From assembly GCF_000007225.1 (NCBI RefSeq), contig NC_003364.1:1440001-1472000 (forward strand): a stretch of 32,000 bases of DNA. Reading direction: 5' to 3'. The notes beneath the pieces are model-generated. The model had not been told where the DNA came from. It saw nothing but the letters and a program-made list of their open reading frames with translations, and made no database searches. Position numbers and translations under genes: made by a program. Positions 1 to 8,833 of this stretch are shown piece after piece. Every line of letters starts with the position of its first letter. Positions within the stretch are counted from its first letter, which is position 1. Origin of the DNA: Pyrobaculum aerophilum str. IM2. GTDB lineage: Archaea > Thermoproteota > Thermoprotei > Thermoproteales > Thermoproteaceae.

Positions 1-908
1 AAGGAGACAACCGCGCCGAATTTGTCGCCAAATAGCCTCTTAGCAGTGGCGTGGTGGGGGTGGCTAGATAGGCCGGGGTATATAACCTCAGCCACTTTGC
101 CGTGTCCCTCTAGGAACTGGGCCACGGCCATTGCCGTCTTACACTGTTTTTCAAAACGTACAAATAACGTCTTCAGTCCTCTAAGCGTTAAAAACGCCTC
201 AAAAGGTTGCATTATGCTGCCTAGCATCGCCCGCCAAATCCAAAGCTCCTCTAATAAATCGCCTCTGGCCACAACAGCTATTCCCCCTACTACGTCGTTA
301 TGTCCCGCCAGATATTTAGTGGCCGAGTGCACTACTACATCAGCTCCGTAGGAAATAGGCGTTGTCAGTACGGGAGTGGCAAAGGTGTTGTCCACCACTA
401 CCACAGCTCCTAAATCCTTAGCCGCCTTAATAATCTCAGGTCCGTCTAAAACTCTCAACATGGGATTTGTAATAGTTTCAAAAAACGCCAAATTAGGCTT
501 AACCGCCTTTAAGGCCTCTATATACGTTTCAGTGTCAGGATATGCCTTTCGCATTCTGACGCCGTATTTCTCCAAGGCGTTTAGAAGTCTGAGAGTAGCC
601 CCGTACGCCTCCATTGGCGTCAACACGGAGGCGTCGGCGGAGAGAAGTGAGAAAAACACCGTGGAGAGAGCGGCCATGCCGCTATTAAAAGCAAGAGAGT
701 CTACGCCGCCCTCTAAATTGGCCACTACCTCTTCCAGGGGGCGCAGAGTGGGGTTTTCCTCCCGGCTGTATTTAAGGTCAAACCCCCTGTCTGACTTCAA
801 AGCCTCTCCCTCCATCCTGAAAAGAGCAGTTAGGTAAATAGGAGGTTGTAAAGCGCCGTAGGGGTCGCTGTGTTTATACCCCCTCACGGCGACTGTACCT
901 TTGCGCAT
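1..908 (-). CDS. PLP-dependent Cys/Met-metabolism enzyme (cystathionine gamma-synthase / O-acetylhomoserine sulfhydrylase family); C-terminus lies beyond the window edge
   Basis: Absent from the ORF track because it has no stop inside the window. Manual reverse translation from ATG at 908-906 gives MRKGTVAVRGYKHSDPYGALQPPIYLTALFRMEGEALKSDRGF. Positions 291-344 give ADVVVHSATKYLAGHNDV, the S-x-T-K PLP-lysine signature of this family. The + strand ORFs 22..351 and 376..837 are antisense shadows of it. Confidence 0.8.
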   Translation of the reverse strand, partial: MRKGTVAVRGYKHSDPYGALQPPIYLTALFRMEGEALKSDRGFDLKYSREENPTLRPLEEVVANLEGGVDSLAFNSGMAALSTVFFSLLSADASVLTPMEAYGATLRLLNALEKYGVRMRKAYPDTETYIEALKAVKPNLAFFETITNPMLRVLDGPEIIKAAKDLGAVVVVDNTFATPVLTTPISYGADVVVHSATKYLAGHNDVVGGIAVVARGDLLEELWIWRAMLGSIMQPFEAFLTLRGLKTLFVRFEKQCKTAMAVAQFLEGHGKVAEVIYPGLSSHPHHATAKRLFGDKFGAVVS

Positions 909-926
909 TTGAATTTACAAGAACTA

Positions 927-936
927 TCTATAAAAA
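927..936 (-). promoter_or_regulatory. TATA-like box (minus strand TTTTTATAGA), 18 nt upstream of the ATG at 908
   Basis: AT-rich element at the spacing that recurs for many genes in this window. Consistent with archaeal TATA/BRE and leaderless transcription. Confidence 0.4.
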
Positions 937-1068
937 TCTTCTCCCATCTATAAAGACTACGACGGATAATATATATTAATGTAATTTTTTAGTATTTGAA
1001 ACAAATATAGTACTAATGCGAAAAACATCAAAAAGCTAAAACTATTTAGGGTAAAACGCAAGAGATGA

Positions 1069-1078
1069 CTTTATAAAC
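1069..1078 (+). promoter_or_regulatory. TATA-like box CTTTATAAAC, 18 nt upstream of the GTG at 1097
   Basis: Same spacing pattern as the other genes in the window. Confidence 0.4.
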
Positions 1079-1096
1079 AGGTACACTAAGGAAAGC

Positions 1097-1726
1097 GTGG
1101 CTAGAGAAGCGCTGATATTAGACAGCAACGACGAGCTCGCCCAACAGCTTGCCGCCGTGCTTACGGAAAACGGGTATGTGGTGAGGATATTAGCTACTAA
1201 AGACCGTGCAAAAGTATTTGAAAAAATACCTGTATATATTCACACATTACTTGAAAACTATGAAAAAACTATTAAAGAAATAGATTTTTCACATGTTGAA
1301 ATTGCTGTATTCTCCTCCCCAAATGACGTTTTAAATCTAACGCTGGCAAAAATAGCGAGATCAAACGGAGTGCCTATAGTGATAATAACCGCCAGGACTA
1401 GCTCAGTGATAAAACAGGCAGAGGAAATGGGCATTACAGCCATAATACCCTACCACTGTGTTATATCGAGGCTACTCAGAATTCTAAATTTAAAATTCAC
1501 CAAGATTATGCCAATTAGGGACAATATCTCAATATTGGAAATGTTAATCACCTCTGACTCTAAAATACTGGGAAAAACAATAGCTGAATTAGAGGAGGAA
1601 ATAGGCGGGAAGGTATCAGTAATTAGAGGAGGGGAATTACTCACCGCGGGAGAAGCTGAGCTACAGGAGGGAGATTACTTAATAGCGGTGGGATACCACA
1701 CTGAATTACAAAAAATTACCGAGTAG
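1097..1726 (+). CDS. TrkA/RCK-family regulatory protein (RCK_N-like domain plus TrkA-C domain)
   Basis: The C-terminal 70 aa (SDSKILGKTIAELEEEIGGKVSVIRGGELLTAGEAELQEGDYLIAVG) match the TrkA-C pattern. The N-terminal half has the RCK_N alternation, but the GxGxxG dinucleotide loop is degenerate (ALILDSNDELAQ). GTG start. Confidence 0.65.
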   Translation: MAREALILDSNDELAQQLAAVLTENGYVVRILATKDRAKVFEKIPVYIHTLLENYEKTIKEIDFSHVEIAVFSSPNDVLNLTLAKIARSNGVPIVIITARTSSVIKQAEEMGITAIIPYHCVISRLLRILNLKFTKIMPIRDNISILEMLITSDSKILGKTIAELEEEIGGKVSVIRGGELLTAGEAELQEGDYLIAVGYHTELQKITE

Positions 1727-2435
1727 AAAACGCTTTGTCGGCGATCTCGGCATATACTCTATCTAAAATGGCGTACTTCACCTCATCCTCCTGTCTCGGA
1801 TCTTTTAGAACTCCCCTTACTACTAATAAAACGCCTCTTAGCCCAATTCTCTCCACGTCTACGTTTAATTTCTCCAAGCCGTACTCCCTCGCCACTGTGG
1901 CCACAATATCCCTCACTTTTTTCAAGTCATGTCCCCGCGGGATGTAAAGCCTAATCCTAACCTCGTGGCCTTCAGGCGTCTTAACTCTTCTAAAGGGAAA
2001 CTGTAGCAGAGAAGTATAGGGGATATATACGTACTCCCGCCTGGGATCTCTAAGTACAATAAAAGCGTCTTCTAAAGCGGTTATATAGCCGCGCATGTGG
2101 TCAAATTCTAAATAGTCCCCAACGTGGAGATCCAAGACGCGGGTGATAAAAAGGCCTGTTAAATACTCTTGTAATATTCTCCATGTGCCCAGGAGGATTA
2201 TGCCAGTAGAGACGATAAAGATCGCGAATATGAGATAAAACAAGTGGTGTAGCTGGGCCTGGGGAGAGACTATGGCGAAAAAAAGCGATAGCGAGAAAAG
2301 CAACGCTATAATTTCCATAAGATATACCTGTTCCCTATTGACTACTTTTGAGAAAATCCGCCTTATGAAATAAAAAATGAGGAAAAAGGTTATTATCGCG
2401 GCGACTACTCCGGCTACTACGGTTATTAAATCCAT
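1716..2435 (-). CDS. Small MscS-like mechanosensitive channel
   Basis: Three N-terminal TM helices followed by a beta-domain pattern: VGDYLEFDHMRGYITALEDAFIVLRDPRREYVYIPYTSLL. Its 3-prime end overlaps the RCK gene by 11 nt (convergent). Confidence 0.55.
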   Translation of the reverse strand: MDLITVVAGVVAAIITFFLIFYFIRRIFSKVVNREQVYLMEIIALLFSLSLFFAIVSPQAQLHHLFYLIFAIFIVSTGIILLGTWRILQEYLTGLFITRVLDLHVGDYLEFDHMRGYITALEDAFIVLRDPRREYVYIPYTSLLQFPFRRVKTPEGHEVRIRLYIPRGHDLKKVRDIVATVAREYGLEKLNVDVERIGLRGVLLVVRGVLKDPRQEDEVKYAILDRVYAEIADKAFSTR

Positions 2436-2455
2436 GACATAAAAAAGGTATTATA

Positions 2456-4891
2456 TTAATACCTCACTTGTCCAAATACTTTTTTCAAAATGTCGTAAAA
2501 CTCAGAGCTCTCGTCGGGTTTATACAAGGCGTTGTATATAGCGTCTAATCTCTCCCGCAGTACTTTCAACTCCACCGAAGCGACTAAAACTCTTGTCTGC
2601 AACACGGCGTCGGGGTTTACGGATATGCTGTCTATACCCCCTCTTACTAGGAATTCCACCAGTTGCGGATACACAGAGGGCCCCTGGCCACATATTGAGA
2701 CGGTTCTACCCATTTTATGCGCCCTCTTTATGAGTTCATAAATTGCCCTCAGAACTGGCGCTTCTCTCTCGTCGAAATACTTGGGGTTAATTCTCACTAA
2801 GAAGTCGTTATCTCTATCTACCCCTAGCACTAACTGCGTCAAGTCGTTTGAGCCTATTGAGAAGCCGTCGAAATACTCGGAAAATTCCTGAACCATAAAG
2901 GCAATAGACGGCACTTGCGCCATGGCCCACACCTTAAAGTCGCGGTCGCGGTATAGTCCCTCCTCTTCTAACAGCTTGGCAAATTTCTCGGACTCCCACA
3001 CAGTCCTTACAAACGGAGCCATTACCCATATGTTATTAAGTCCCATTTCCTGCCTGGCCTTTTTAATTGCCTTTAGCTCTAATCTGAAAGCCCGCTCGTA
3101 CTGCGGCGAAATATAGCGAGATACGCCGCGCCACCCGAGCATTGGGTTGCGCTCCTCGGGCTCGAACTTCTCCCCGCCCTCTAAGCCCCTATACTCGTTA
3201 GTTTTAAAGTCGCTAAACCGTACTACCACAGGCCTGGGATAGATGGCCGAGGCCACTTTGGCTATGCCCTCAGCCATTTTATTCACGAATTTATGCTCCT
3301 GCCCTATCGATAGGAGATATAGCGGGTGTTGACCCACCCAACTGGATATAACAAACTCAATTCTCATCAGCCCAATGCCGTCAAAAGGCAAGTCTTTATA
3401 CTCATCTATTTTATCAGGCTCTCCCAAGTTCATATACACCTTTGTTGCCGTGGGCACGGCGCGGTATATGTGTAGGATTATCTCTTTTGGAGGCGCCGCC
3501 ACCCCTACCTCAACTGCCTTGGCCTCTTCCTTTTTCACTACTGCGCCGACCATGACAATGCCCTTACTGCCATCGACAGTATACGTCTCGCCGTCTTTTA
3601 ATACAGAGGTGGCGTTTCCCGCGCCAACAACAGCGGGTATGCCCAGCTCTCTGCTCACAATAGCCGCGTGAGAGGTCCTGCCCCCCTCGTCTGTCACAAT
3701 GGCTGAAGCCAAGCGCATATAAGGCACCCAGTCGGGGTCGGTCATTTTAGTCACTAAAATGTCGCCCTTCTTTAACTTCCTCTTGGCGTCTTCAAGAGTT
3801 AGGCAGATTTTAGCCTGTCCCACGGCGATGCCAGGGCTTGCCGGTATCCCCTTCACCACAACTGTGCCCACTGGCGCCTCTTCCGCGGCCTTGGCTGGCC
3901 GCTCCGCCTTACGGCTCCACACAGTCTCCGGCCTGACTTGTAATATGAAGAGGTTGCGGGGGTATTCCATGTCTGCATCAACGGCGAATTCAATATCAAC
4001 GGGATGGCCGTAATACTCCTCTAATTTAATCGCCATTTTCGCCAGCTCCACTACTTCTTCATCTGAAAGAGCTGGCGCATTTACTTTTTCAGGCGGCAGT
4101 TGTACTTCTTTTACCAAACCCGCCTCGTCTCTCACCACAGCAACCTTTTTGGGAGAAATTCTCCTCTCCACAATCTTCAGAGAAGACTTATCTACTACGA
4201 ACTCGTCCGGGGTCACAATGCCCTTAACCACCCCCTCTCCCAGCCCCCAGCTGGCCTCAATCACTACTTTAGATCTATCGCCGGTGGTGGGATCAAGAGT
4301 GAAAATAACGCCAGCAGATCTGGCGTTTACTAACTTCTGCACAACAACGGCCATTAGGCTTTTCTCATGGGGTATGCCCATTTTATCGCGATAGTACAAC
4401 GCGCGGGGAGTGTAGAGAGAGCTCCAGACCTTTTTAGCGTAGTAAATTACATTTTCGGCGCCTTTTACGTTGAGATAAGTGTCTTGTTGCCCTGCAAATG
4501 AGGCCTCCGGTATGTCCTCTGCAGTAGCCGAGCTCCTCACAGCCACGGGGACGTTGGCCATTCCTACAATTTCGCCGAGTTTTTTATACGCCTCTAAAAG
4601 CTCTTTTTCCAAGTCTGAGGGCAGCGGCGAGCTCTCAATTAATCCTCTTATAACCGTGCTGGCTTTCTCGTACTCATCGGGCTCTCCTTTCGAGATAAAT
4701 TCTTTTAATACTTCGTTAATCCTATCCTTCAAACCCGTAACATTAAGAAAGTGTAAATAGGCCTCTGTGGTTATTACAAAGCCAGGGGGGACTTGCACCA
4801 TCTTGGCCACTTCGCCGAGATTGGCCCCCTTACCGCCAGCGAGGAGAATGTCCTTTTTCCCAATTTCATCAAGCCACTTAATAAACCGCAT
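2456..4891 (-). CDS. ppsA: Phosphoenolpyruvate synthase (pyruvate, water dikinase)
   Basis: 811 aa. N-terminal GGKGANLGE ATP-grasp start, phosphohistidine swivel motif TDEGGRTSHAAIVSRELGIPAVVG, and C-terminal PEP-utilizer motif GFSIGSNDLTQL. Confidence 0.95.
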   Translation of the reverse strand: MRFIKWLDEIGKKDILLAGGKGANLGEVAKMVQVPPGFVITTEAYLHFLNVTGLKDRINEVLKEFISKGEPDEYEKASTVIRGLIESSPLPSDLEKELLEAYKKLGEIVGMANVPVAVRSSATAEDIPEASFAGQQDTYLNVKGAENVIYYAKKVWSSLYTPRALYYRDKMGIPHEKSLMAVVVQKLVNARSAGVIFTLDPTTGDRSKVVIEASWGLGEGVVKGIVTPDEFVVDKSSLKIVERRISPKKVAVVRDEAGLVKEVQLPPEKVNAPALSDEEVVELAKMAIKLEEYYGHPVDIEFAVDADMEYPRNLFILQVRPETVWSRKAERPAKAAEEAPVGTVVVKGIPASPGIAVGQAKICLTLEDAKRKLKKGDILVTKMTDPDWVPYMRLASAIVTDEGGRTSHAAIVSRELGIPAVVGAGNATSVLKDGETYTVDGSKGIVMVGAVVKKEEAKAVEVGVAAPPKEIILHIYRAVPTATKVYMNLGEPDKIDEYKDLPFDGIGLMRIEFVISSWVGQHPLYLLSIGQEHKFVNKMAEGIAKVASAIYPRPVVVRFSDFKTNEYRGLEGGEKFEPEERNPMLGWRGVSRYISPQYERAFRLELKAIKKARQEMGLNNIWVMAPFVRTVWESEKFAKLLEEEGLYRDRDFKVWAMAQVPSIAFMVQEFSEYFDGFSIGSNDLTQLVLGVDRDNDFLVRINPKYFDEREAPVLRAIYELIKRAHKMGRTVSICGQGPSVYPQLVEFLVRGGIDSISVNPDAVLQTRVLVASVELKVLRERLDAIYNALYKPDESSEFYDILKKVFGQVRY

Positions 4892-4910
4892 GCTATGGAG
4901 TATACCAAGG

Positions 4911-4919
4911 TTTTATAAG
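4911..4919 (-). promoter_or_regulatory. TATA-like box for ppsA (minus strand CTTATAAAA), 19 nt upstream of the ATG at 4891
   Basis: Position and sequence fit the archaeal TATA consensus. Confidence 0.45.
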
Positions 4920-4932
4920 TATAACTCACTAT

Positions 4933-4970
4933 ATATACCTATATACCTTAATGATATATAATGATATATA
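4933..4970. repeat. Two adjacent perfect tandem duplications: 2x ATATACCT (4933-4948) and 2x ATGATATATA (4951-4970)
   Basis: Read directly from the sequence. They lie about 40-80 nt upstream of the ppsA start, distal to its TATA box. Confidence 0.8.
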
Positions 4971-5016
4971 AAGTTTTATTTCATATAAAGGTAAAATTAT
5001 ACTAAAGTTAATATCG

Positions 5017-5709
5017 TTATACTACTTTAAAACGGAGTCTATTTACATTAACATATTGCTTGAAAACTGAGCGAAATACGGCTTTAGACCGCGGAGGCCT
5101 AGTTGATGTTATTACTTTAATCAGCCTCCTACCGCAGTAAACACACCTCTTCAAACTGTTGCCATACATTAAAAAATCCATGCCGCAGTGGACACACCTC
5201 CCGACCTCTGGGAGGTGGTCTATACGCGTCAGCTCCACCCCTACCCACCCCCCGGTCAATACAACTCCGTCGACATACGGCGCAAAGACCTTCGCGTTTT
5301 CAAAACTCGTAGCCACCAGCACGTCAAACGGCTTTTTGTGGCGCTGGGCAATTTCCCTGACTCTATTTACTAATTCAACAGGATCGGCTGGCTGAAAAAG
5401 GACGAACTGCACGCCATCTCTGTACTCGTCCCTGGAGAAGCTGAGCTCTTCTAAAACGCCGTCTGCCCCGCCTGCATATGCCGCGTCTACTTCATCTTCG
5501 CCAAGCTCCCTGCTTATAAATACCTTTACGCCCATTTGCTTAATTATCCTAACAGTGGTGGCTATGGATATGAGCCTATCTATGTCTGGCTCGCAGTCGC
5601 CGAAAGGCTCTCCCAGGGCAATTGGCGTCCCGTCAATTGGCGAGACTGTACACTTCCAAGATCCGGCGAATACGGCAATGGGAGGGCCCCTGGCATACGC
5701 CAGCTTCAT
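5017..5709 (-). CDS. Hypothetical protein with a C-terminal CxxC-x13-CxxC zinc ribbon
   Basis: 230-aa ORF with coding-like composition. It carries CVHCGMDFLMYGNSLKRCVYCG near the C-terminus. I recognise no family. Confidence 0.5.
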   Translation of the reverse strand: MKLAYARGPPIAVFAGSWKCTVSPIDGTPIALGEPFGDCEPDIDRLISIATTVRIIKQMGVKVFISRELGEDEVDAAYAGGADGVLEELSFSRDEYRDGVQFVLFQPADPVELVNRVREIAQRHKKPFDVLVATSFENAKVFAPYVDGVVLTGGWVGVELTRIDHLPEVGRCVHCGMDFLMYGNSLKRCVYCGRRLIKVITSTRPPRSKAVFRSVFKQYVNVNRLRFKVV

Positions 5710-5775
5710 AAAAGTGAAAAAGCACGTGTTTAAAGTCTGTGTGGTAAAGATAAATAAAGAAAGTGCGGTAGCAAC

Positions 5776-7011
5776 GTGATACTGCTGGCCAGGGTTTTCG
5801 AAGGGCCTAATAACGGCCTGGCGTATGCAGTGGCGCCAGTGGAGGATAAGTACAAGATCATTCCTACTAAAGATCCCTTATTAGACGCCGCTAATTTATA
5901 CGCCAAGGGGGAGAAAGTGCTTATACTGTACAGTCTCTCCACCCCTCTTTTCGTGGAGATTTGGCGCGAGCTAATAGCCGTTGCCGGCAGATTCCCCGTT
6001 GTAGCTGGCGGCCCACACGCCGCGGGAGATCCTATTACTTTGTTAAAACTCGGCGTGAAATACGTCGTAGTGGGAGACGGCGAAGTGGCCCTGCCCGCTA
6101 TTATAGAAAAAGAAGAGGGTTTAAGCGATGAAACGCCTCCCAATGTGTTAATAATGGAAGACGGAAAGGTGAAGGCGGGGAGGAGAGTATATACGGAGTT
6201 AGTTTATAAAACCTACAGCGAGGCGCTTGGCGCGTACCCCCCTATAGAGATTATGAGGTCGTGTGGATATAGATGCGCCTTCTGCCAAACTTGGGCCCAA
6301 GGCCCTGTGAGATACCGGCCGTTGGAGAAAGTAGAGGAAATGGTTAAGGTCTATGTCAAAAAAGGCCGCAGGGAAATTAGGTTCATCGCTCCTGTCGGCT
6401 TCTTATATCAGTCTAAAGACGGCAAAACGCCGAATATAGACGCCTTGATTTCCCTGTTAAAAACAGTCCGCGAGGCGGGCGGCCTGCCCTTCCTCGGCAC
6501 TTTCCCCTCGGAGACTAGGCCGGAGACTGTTACGAGAGATGTGCTGTCCGCGTTAAAAAACTTGCTAGCCAACAAGAGGCTCTCCTTCGGCTTGCAGACA
6601 GCTTCAGAGAGGCTTTTGAAACTGGCCAAGAGGGGACACGACGTTGCAACTGTGGAGGAGGCCGTCGTCACGGCGCGCGCCTTTGGCTTCACGCCAGTAG
6701 TAGATATTATAGCTGGATTGCCCGGCGAGGATGAGGAAGACGTTGTGGCCACTGTGAAGACTATGGAGAGGCTTGCGGCTATGGGCGCCAGAATTAGGAT
6801 GCATTACTTCATCCCCCTCCCCGGGACTCCGCTGTGGGGGCGGGAGCCCTCTCCGCCGCATAAATTGTATACAGAGTTCGCGAAGAGGTATAGGAAAAAA
6901 GTGGAGGGCTATTGGGAGGAGCAAATTCAACTAAGCCGCAGAATTATAGAGACTTACCGCCAAATAAGCGGCTACCTCTCCCGCACAACTCCCATCTCTA
7001 AAGCCAGTTGA
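5776..7011 (+). CDS. Radical SAM enzyme with an N-terminal B12-binding-like (Rossmann) domain
   Basis: CxxxCxxC cluster motif SCGYRCAFCQTW at about aa 160, preceded by a flavodoxin/B12-like alternating domain. GTG start with a TATA-like AAGATAAATAAAG about 20 nt upstream. Confidence 0.8.
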   Translation: MILLARVFEGPNNGLAYAVAPVEDKYKIIPTKDPLLDAANLYAKGEKVLILYSLSTPLFVEIWRELIAVAGRFPVVAGGPHAAGDPITLLKLGVKYVVVGDGEVALPAIIEKEEGLSDETPPNVLIMEDGKVKAGRRVYTELVYKTYSEALGAYPPIEIMRSCGYRCAFCQTWAQGPVRYRPLEKVEEMVKVYVKKGRREIRFIAPVGFLYQSKDGKTPNIDALISLLKTVREAGGLPFLGTFPSETRPETVTRDVLSALKNLLANKRLSFGLQTASERLLKLAKRGHDVATVEEAVVTARAFGFTPVVDIIAGLPGEDEEDVVATVKTMERLAAMGARIRMHYFIPLPGTPLWGREPSPPHKLYTEFAKRYRKKVEGYWEEQIQLSRRIIETYRQISGYLSRTTPISKAS

Positions 7012-7289
7012 AGATACCACATCGCTATACGCCTCGCCATTAGCCAGACGGCGGCTTCGGGGGATGCGCCCAGCACCTCGGCGGCTACTTCAGGGTGTAT
7101 TTTATCCCTAAGCTTCTCGGCGAAGTGCTCCACAACGGCCTCTCCAGACTCGCCGGAGAGGGACTCAATCTCCCGAAAAGTACTCTATGTGGGAAACACC
7201 TTATCTAACCAGTCCCCCAGGCCCAGCTCTTCAAGCTTGCGGAAATAAGCGGCGACGACCTCGTCAATATTGTTGATACTGGTATCCAT
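6972..7289 (-). pseudogene. 105-codon ORF interrupted by one in-frame TAG (7185-7187): a 34-aa 5-prime part and a 70-codon 3-prime part
   Basis: MDTSINNIDEVVAAYFRKLEELGLGDWLDKVFPT, then TAG, then STFREIESLSGESGEAVVEHFAEKLRDKIHPEVAAEVLGASPEAAVWLMARRIAMWYLQLALEMGVVRER, then TAG. The frame was checked by coordinate arithmetic: 6975-7184 is 210 nt. Both halves look protein-like (helical, acidic), and nothing else explains 7012-7184. Confidence 0.4.
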
Positions 7290-7605
7290 ACTCTTCGTAA
7301 TACCTCCTCCACGCCTCCTCCTTTCTCCTCTCTCTATATTCGGCCAAGCCGGTGTCGATAAGCTTCCCCCCAATTAGGCCTATGGCCAGTAATAAAATTC
7401 CACGTACTGCGTTGACGCCCAACGTATAGGGATCCGGCACACCAGAAATTTTCGCAGTTACTTGCTGGCCGAGCACTGGCAGAGTTACGTCAAGTGTCGT
7501 TTTCGGCACGCCTGCTGTGTAGAGCAATAAGGCATTTACTACGGCGAAAATAACCAAGGCAATTCCAGCGGCGAGAAAGGCCATGGCCGCGAGATGGGAT
7601 CTCAT
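7264..7605 (-). CDS. Small membrane protein (2 TM) with an R/E/Y/Q-rich C-terminal tail
   Basis: The ATG overlaps the kae1 stop (ATGA at 7602-7605). Hydrophobic segments are AAMAFLAAGIALVIFAVVNALLLY and GILLLAIGLIGGKLI. Confidence 0.6.
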   Translation of the reverse strand: MRSHLAAMAFLAAGIALVIFAVVNALLLYTAGVPKTTLDVTLPVLGQQVTAKISGVPDPYTLGVNAVRGILLLAIGLIGGKLIDTGLAEYRERRKEEAWRRYYEEYGYQYQQY

Positions 7606-8633
7606 GGCCTACGCTTTGTTGAGGTATTTAACACTACCTCCTCGCACAAGTCGTAGAACCAGGGGATGTCCACAGAGTCCAGCCGCCACCTCTGTTTAAC
7701 AAAGCTTTCTTCAGGCGTTGTGCGTATCCCACGCCTGTATGCGTAGTAGCCCGTCAACGCGATCATTGCGCCGTTGTCACCGGCGTATTCATCAGGCACA
7801 ATTTTAACAGCAACGCCGTACTCCCTCCCCACATGTTCCAATATCCCCCTCAGCCTCTTACTCCTAGCCACGCCGCCTGCCACTACGAGCTCCCGTTTTT
7901 TAGTAAAGGCGAGCGCCCTCTCGGTCACTTCAGCTAACATATAATAGGCGGCCTCTACGAGAGACTTACACACTACAGGTAGCGGCGTGCCGCTTTTCCA
8001 CAGTTTCAAGGCGTATGTGGTCAAGCCCGCATAGGATAAGTCCTGGCCAATTATAGTCATGGGGAACGGGACTAGCCTATCCGCAGATTCCGCGCACTTC
8101 TCCACGGCGGGTACCCCCGGAAATCCAAGGCCCACCTCTCTTGCAAACATATCTATAGCGTTTCCAATGGCCACATCTAAAGTCTCGCCGAAAATTCTAT
8201 ACCGACCTTCTGAAAAACCCGCAATAAGCGTGTGGCCGCCGGAGATTAGGAGGACTAGGGGATCGCACGACGCCGTTGTGTATCTCGCCACTTCTATATG
8301 CGCTATGCCGTGGTGGACAGGGACGAGGGGAACCCCCAGTTTTATAGCCAAAGCCCTGGCGAACACCGCGCCTATTCTCAACGCCGGTCCCAGCCCGGGC
8401 CCTGCCGCATATGCAATTACGTCGATATCTGATGCCGTGATGCCATGCGCGTTTAGCAACTGCCGGAAGATAACCGGAGCGACCTTGGAGTGGTGATCGG
8501 CGGCTTCCCGGGGGTGAATGCCCTCGCCGCTTGGGGGGAGGTATGTCTTCCCCAACTGTCCCAAGATTTTCCCGTCTAATACAAGTCCGAGGCTAAAGGT
8601 GTGGGCAGTGGACTCTACGCCTAGGACTAACAC
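7602..8633 (-). CDS. kae1: Kae1, tRNA N6-adenosine threonylcarbamoyltransferase (KEOPS catalytic subunit), stand-alone form
   Basis: N-terminus MLVLGVESTAHTFSLGLV, HHxxAH-type metal motif (PVHHGIAHIE), ASKHA-fold length of 343 aa, and the conserved position after rps27ae. Confidence 0.9.
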   Translation of the reverse strand: MLVLGVESTAHTFSLGLVLDGKILGQLGKTYLPPSGEGIHPREAADHHSKVAPVIFRQLLNAHGITASDIDVIAYAAGPGLGPALRIGAVFARALAIKLGVPLVPVHHGIAHIEVARYTTASCDPLVLLISGGHTLIAGFSEGRYRIFGETLDVAIGNAIDMFAREVGLGFPGVPAVEKCAESADRLVPFPMTIIGQDLSYAGLTTYALKLWKSGTPLPVVCKSLVEAAYYMLAEVTERALAFTKKRELVVAGGVARSKRLRGILEHVGREYGVAVKIVPDEYAGDNGAMIALTGYYAYRRGIRTTPEESFVKQRWRLDSVDIPWFYDLCEEVVLNTSTKRRP

Positions 8634-8831
8634 CTACCTCTGGAATTGCGTATATCCGCACTTGCCGCAGTGCCACCTCGGCACGGGCTCTTTATGAAAG
8701 GCCATAACCGAGCCGCACTTGGGGCAGAGCTTGTTCTTAAACCTGAATACCCCCTTTTCTAAATCAAGCTCATACCAAGTGGCGGCGCGCGGCAATTTCT
8801 TCTCTTTTTGAGCAGGGGCTTTTTTAGACAT
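8634..8831 (-). CDS. rps27ae: 30S ribosomal protein S27ae (eS31)
   Basis: 65 aa with zinc ribbon [26 protein letters not shown]. Directly follows rps24e. Confidence 0.9.
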   Translation of the reverse strand: MSKKAPAQKEKKLPRAATWYELDLEKGVFRFKNKLCPKCGSVMAFHKEPVPRWHCGKCGYTQFQR

Positions 8832-8833
8832 GG

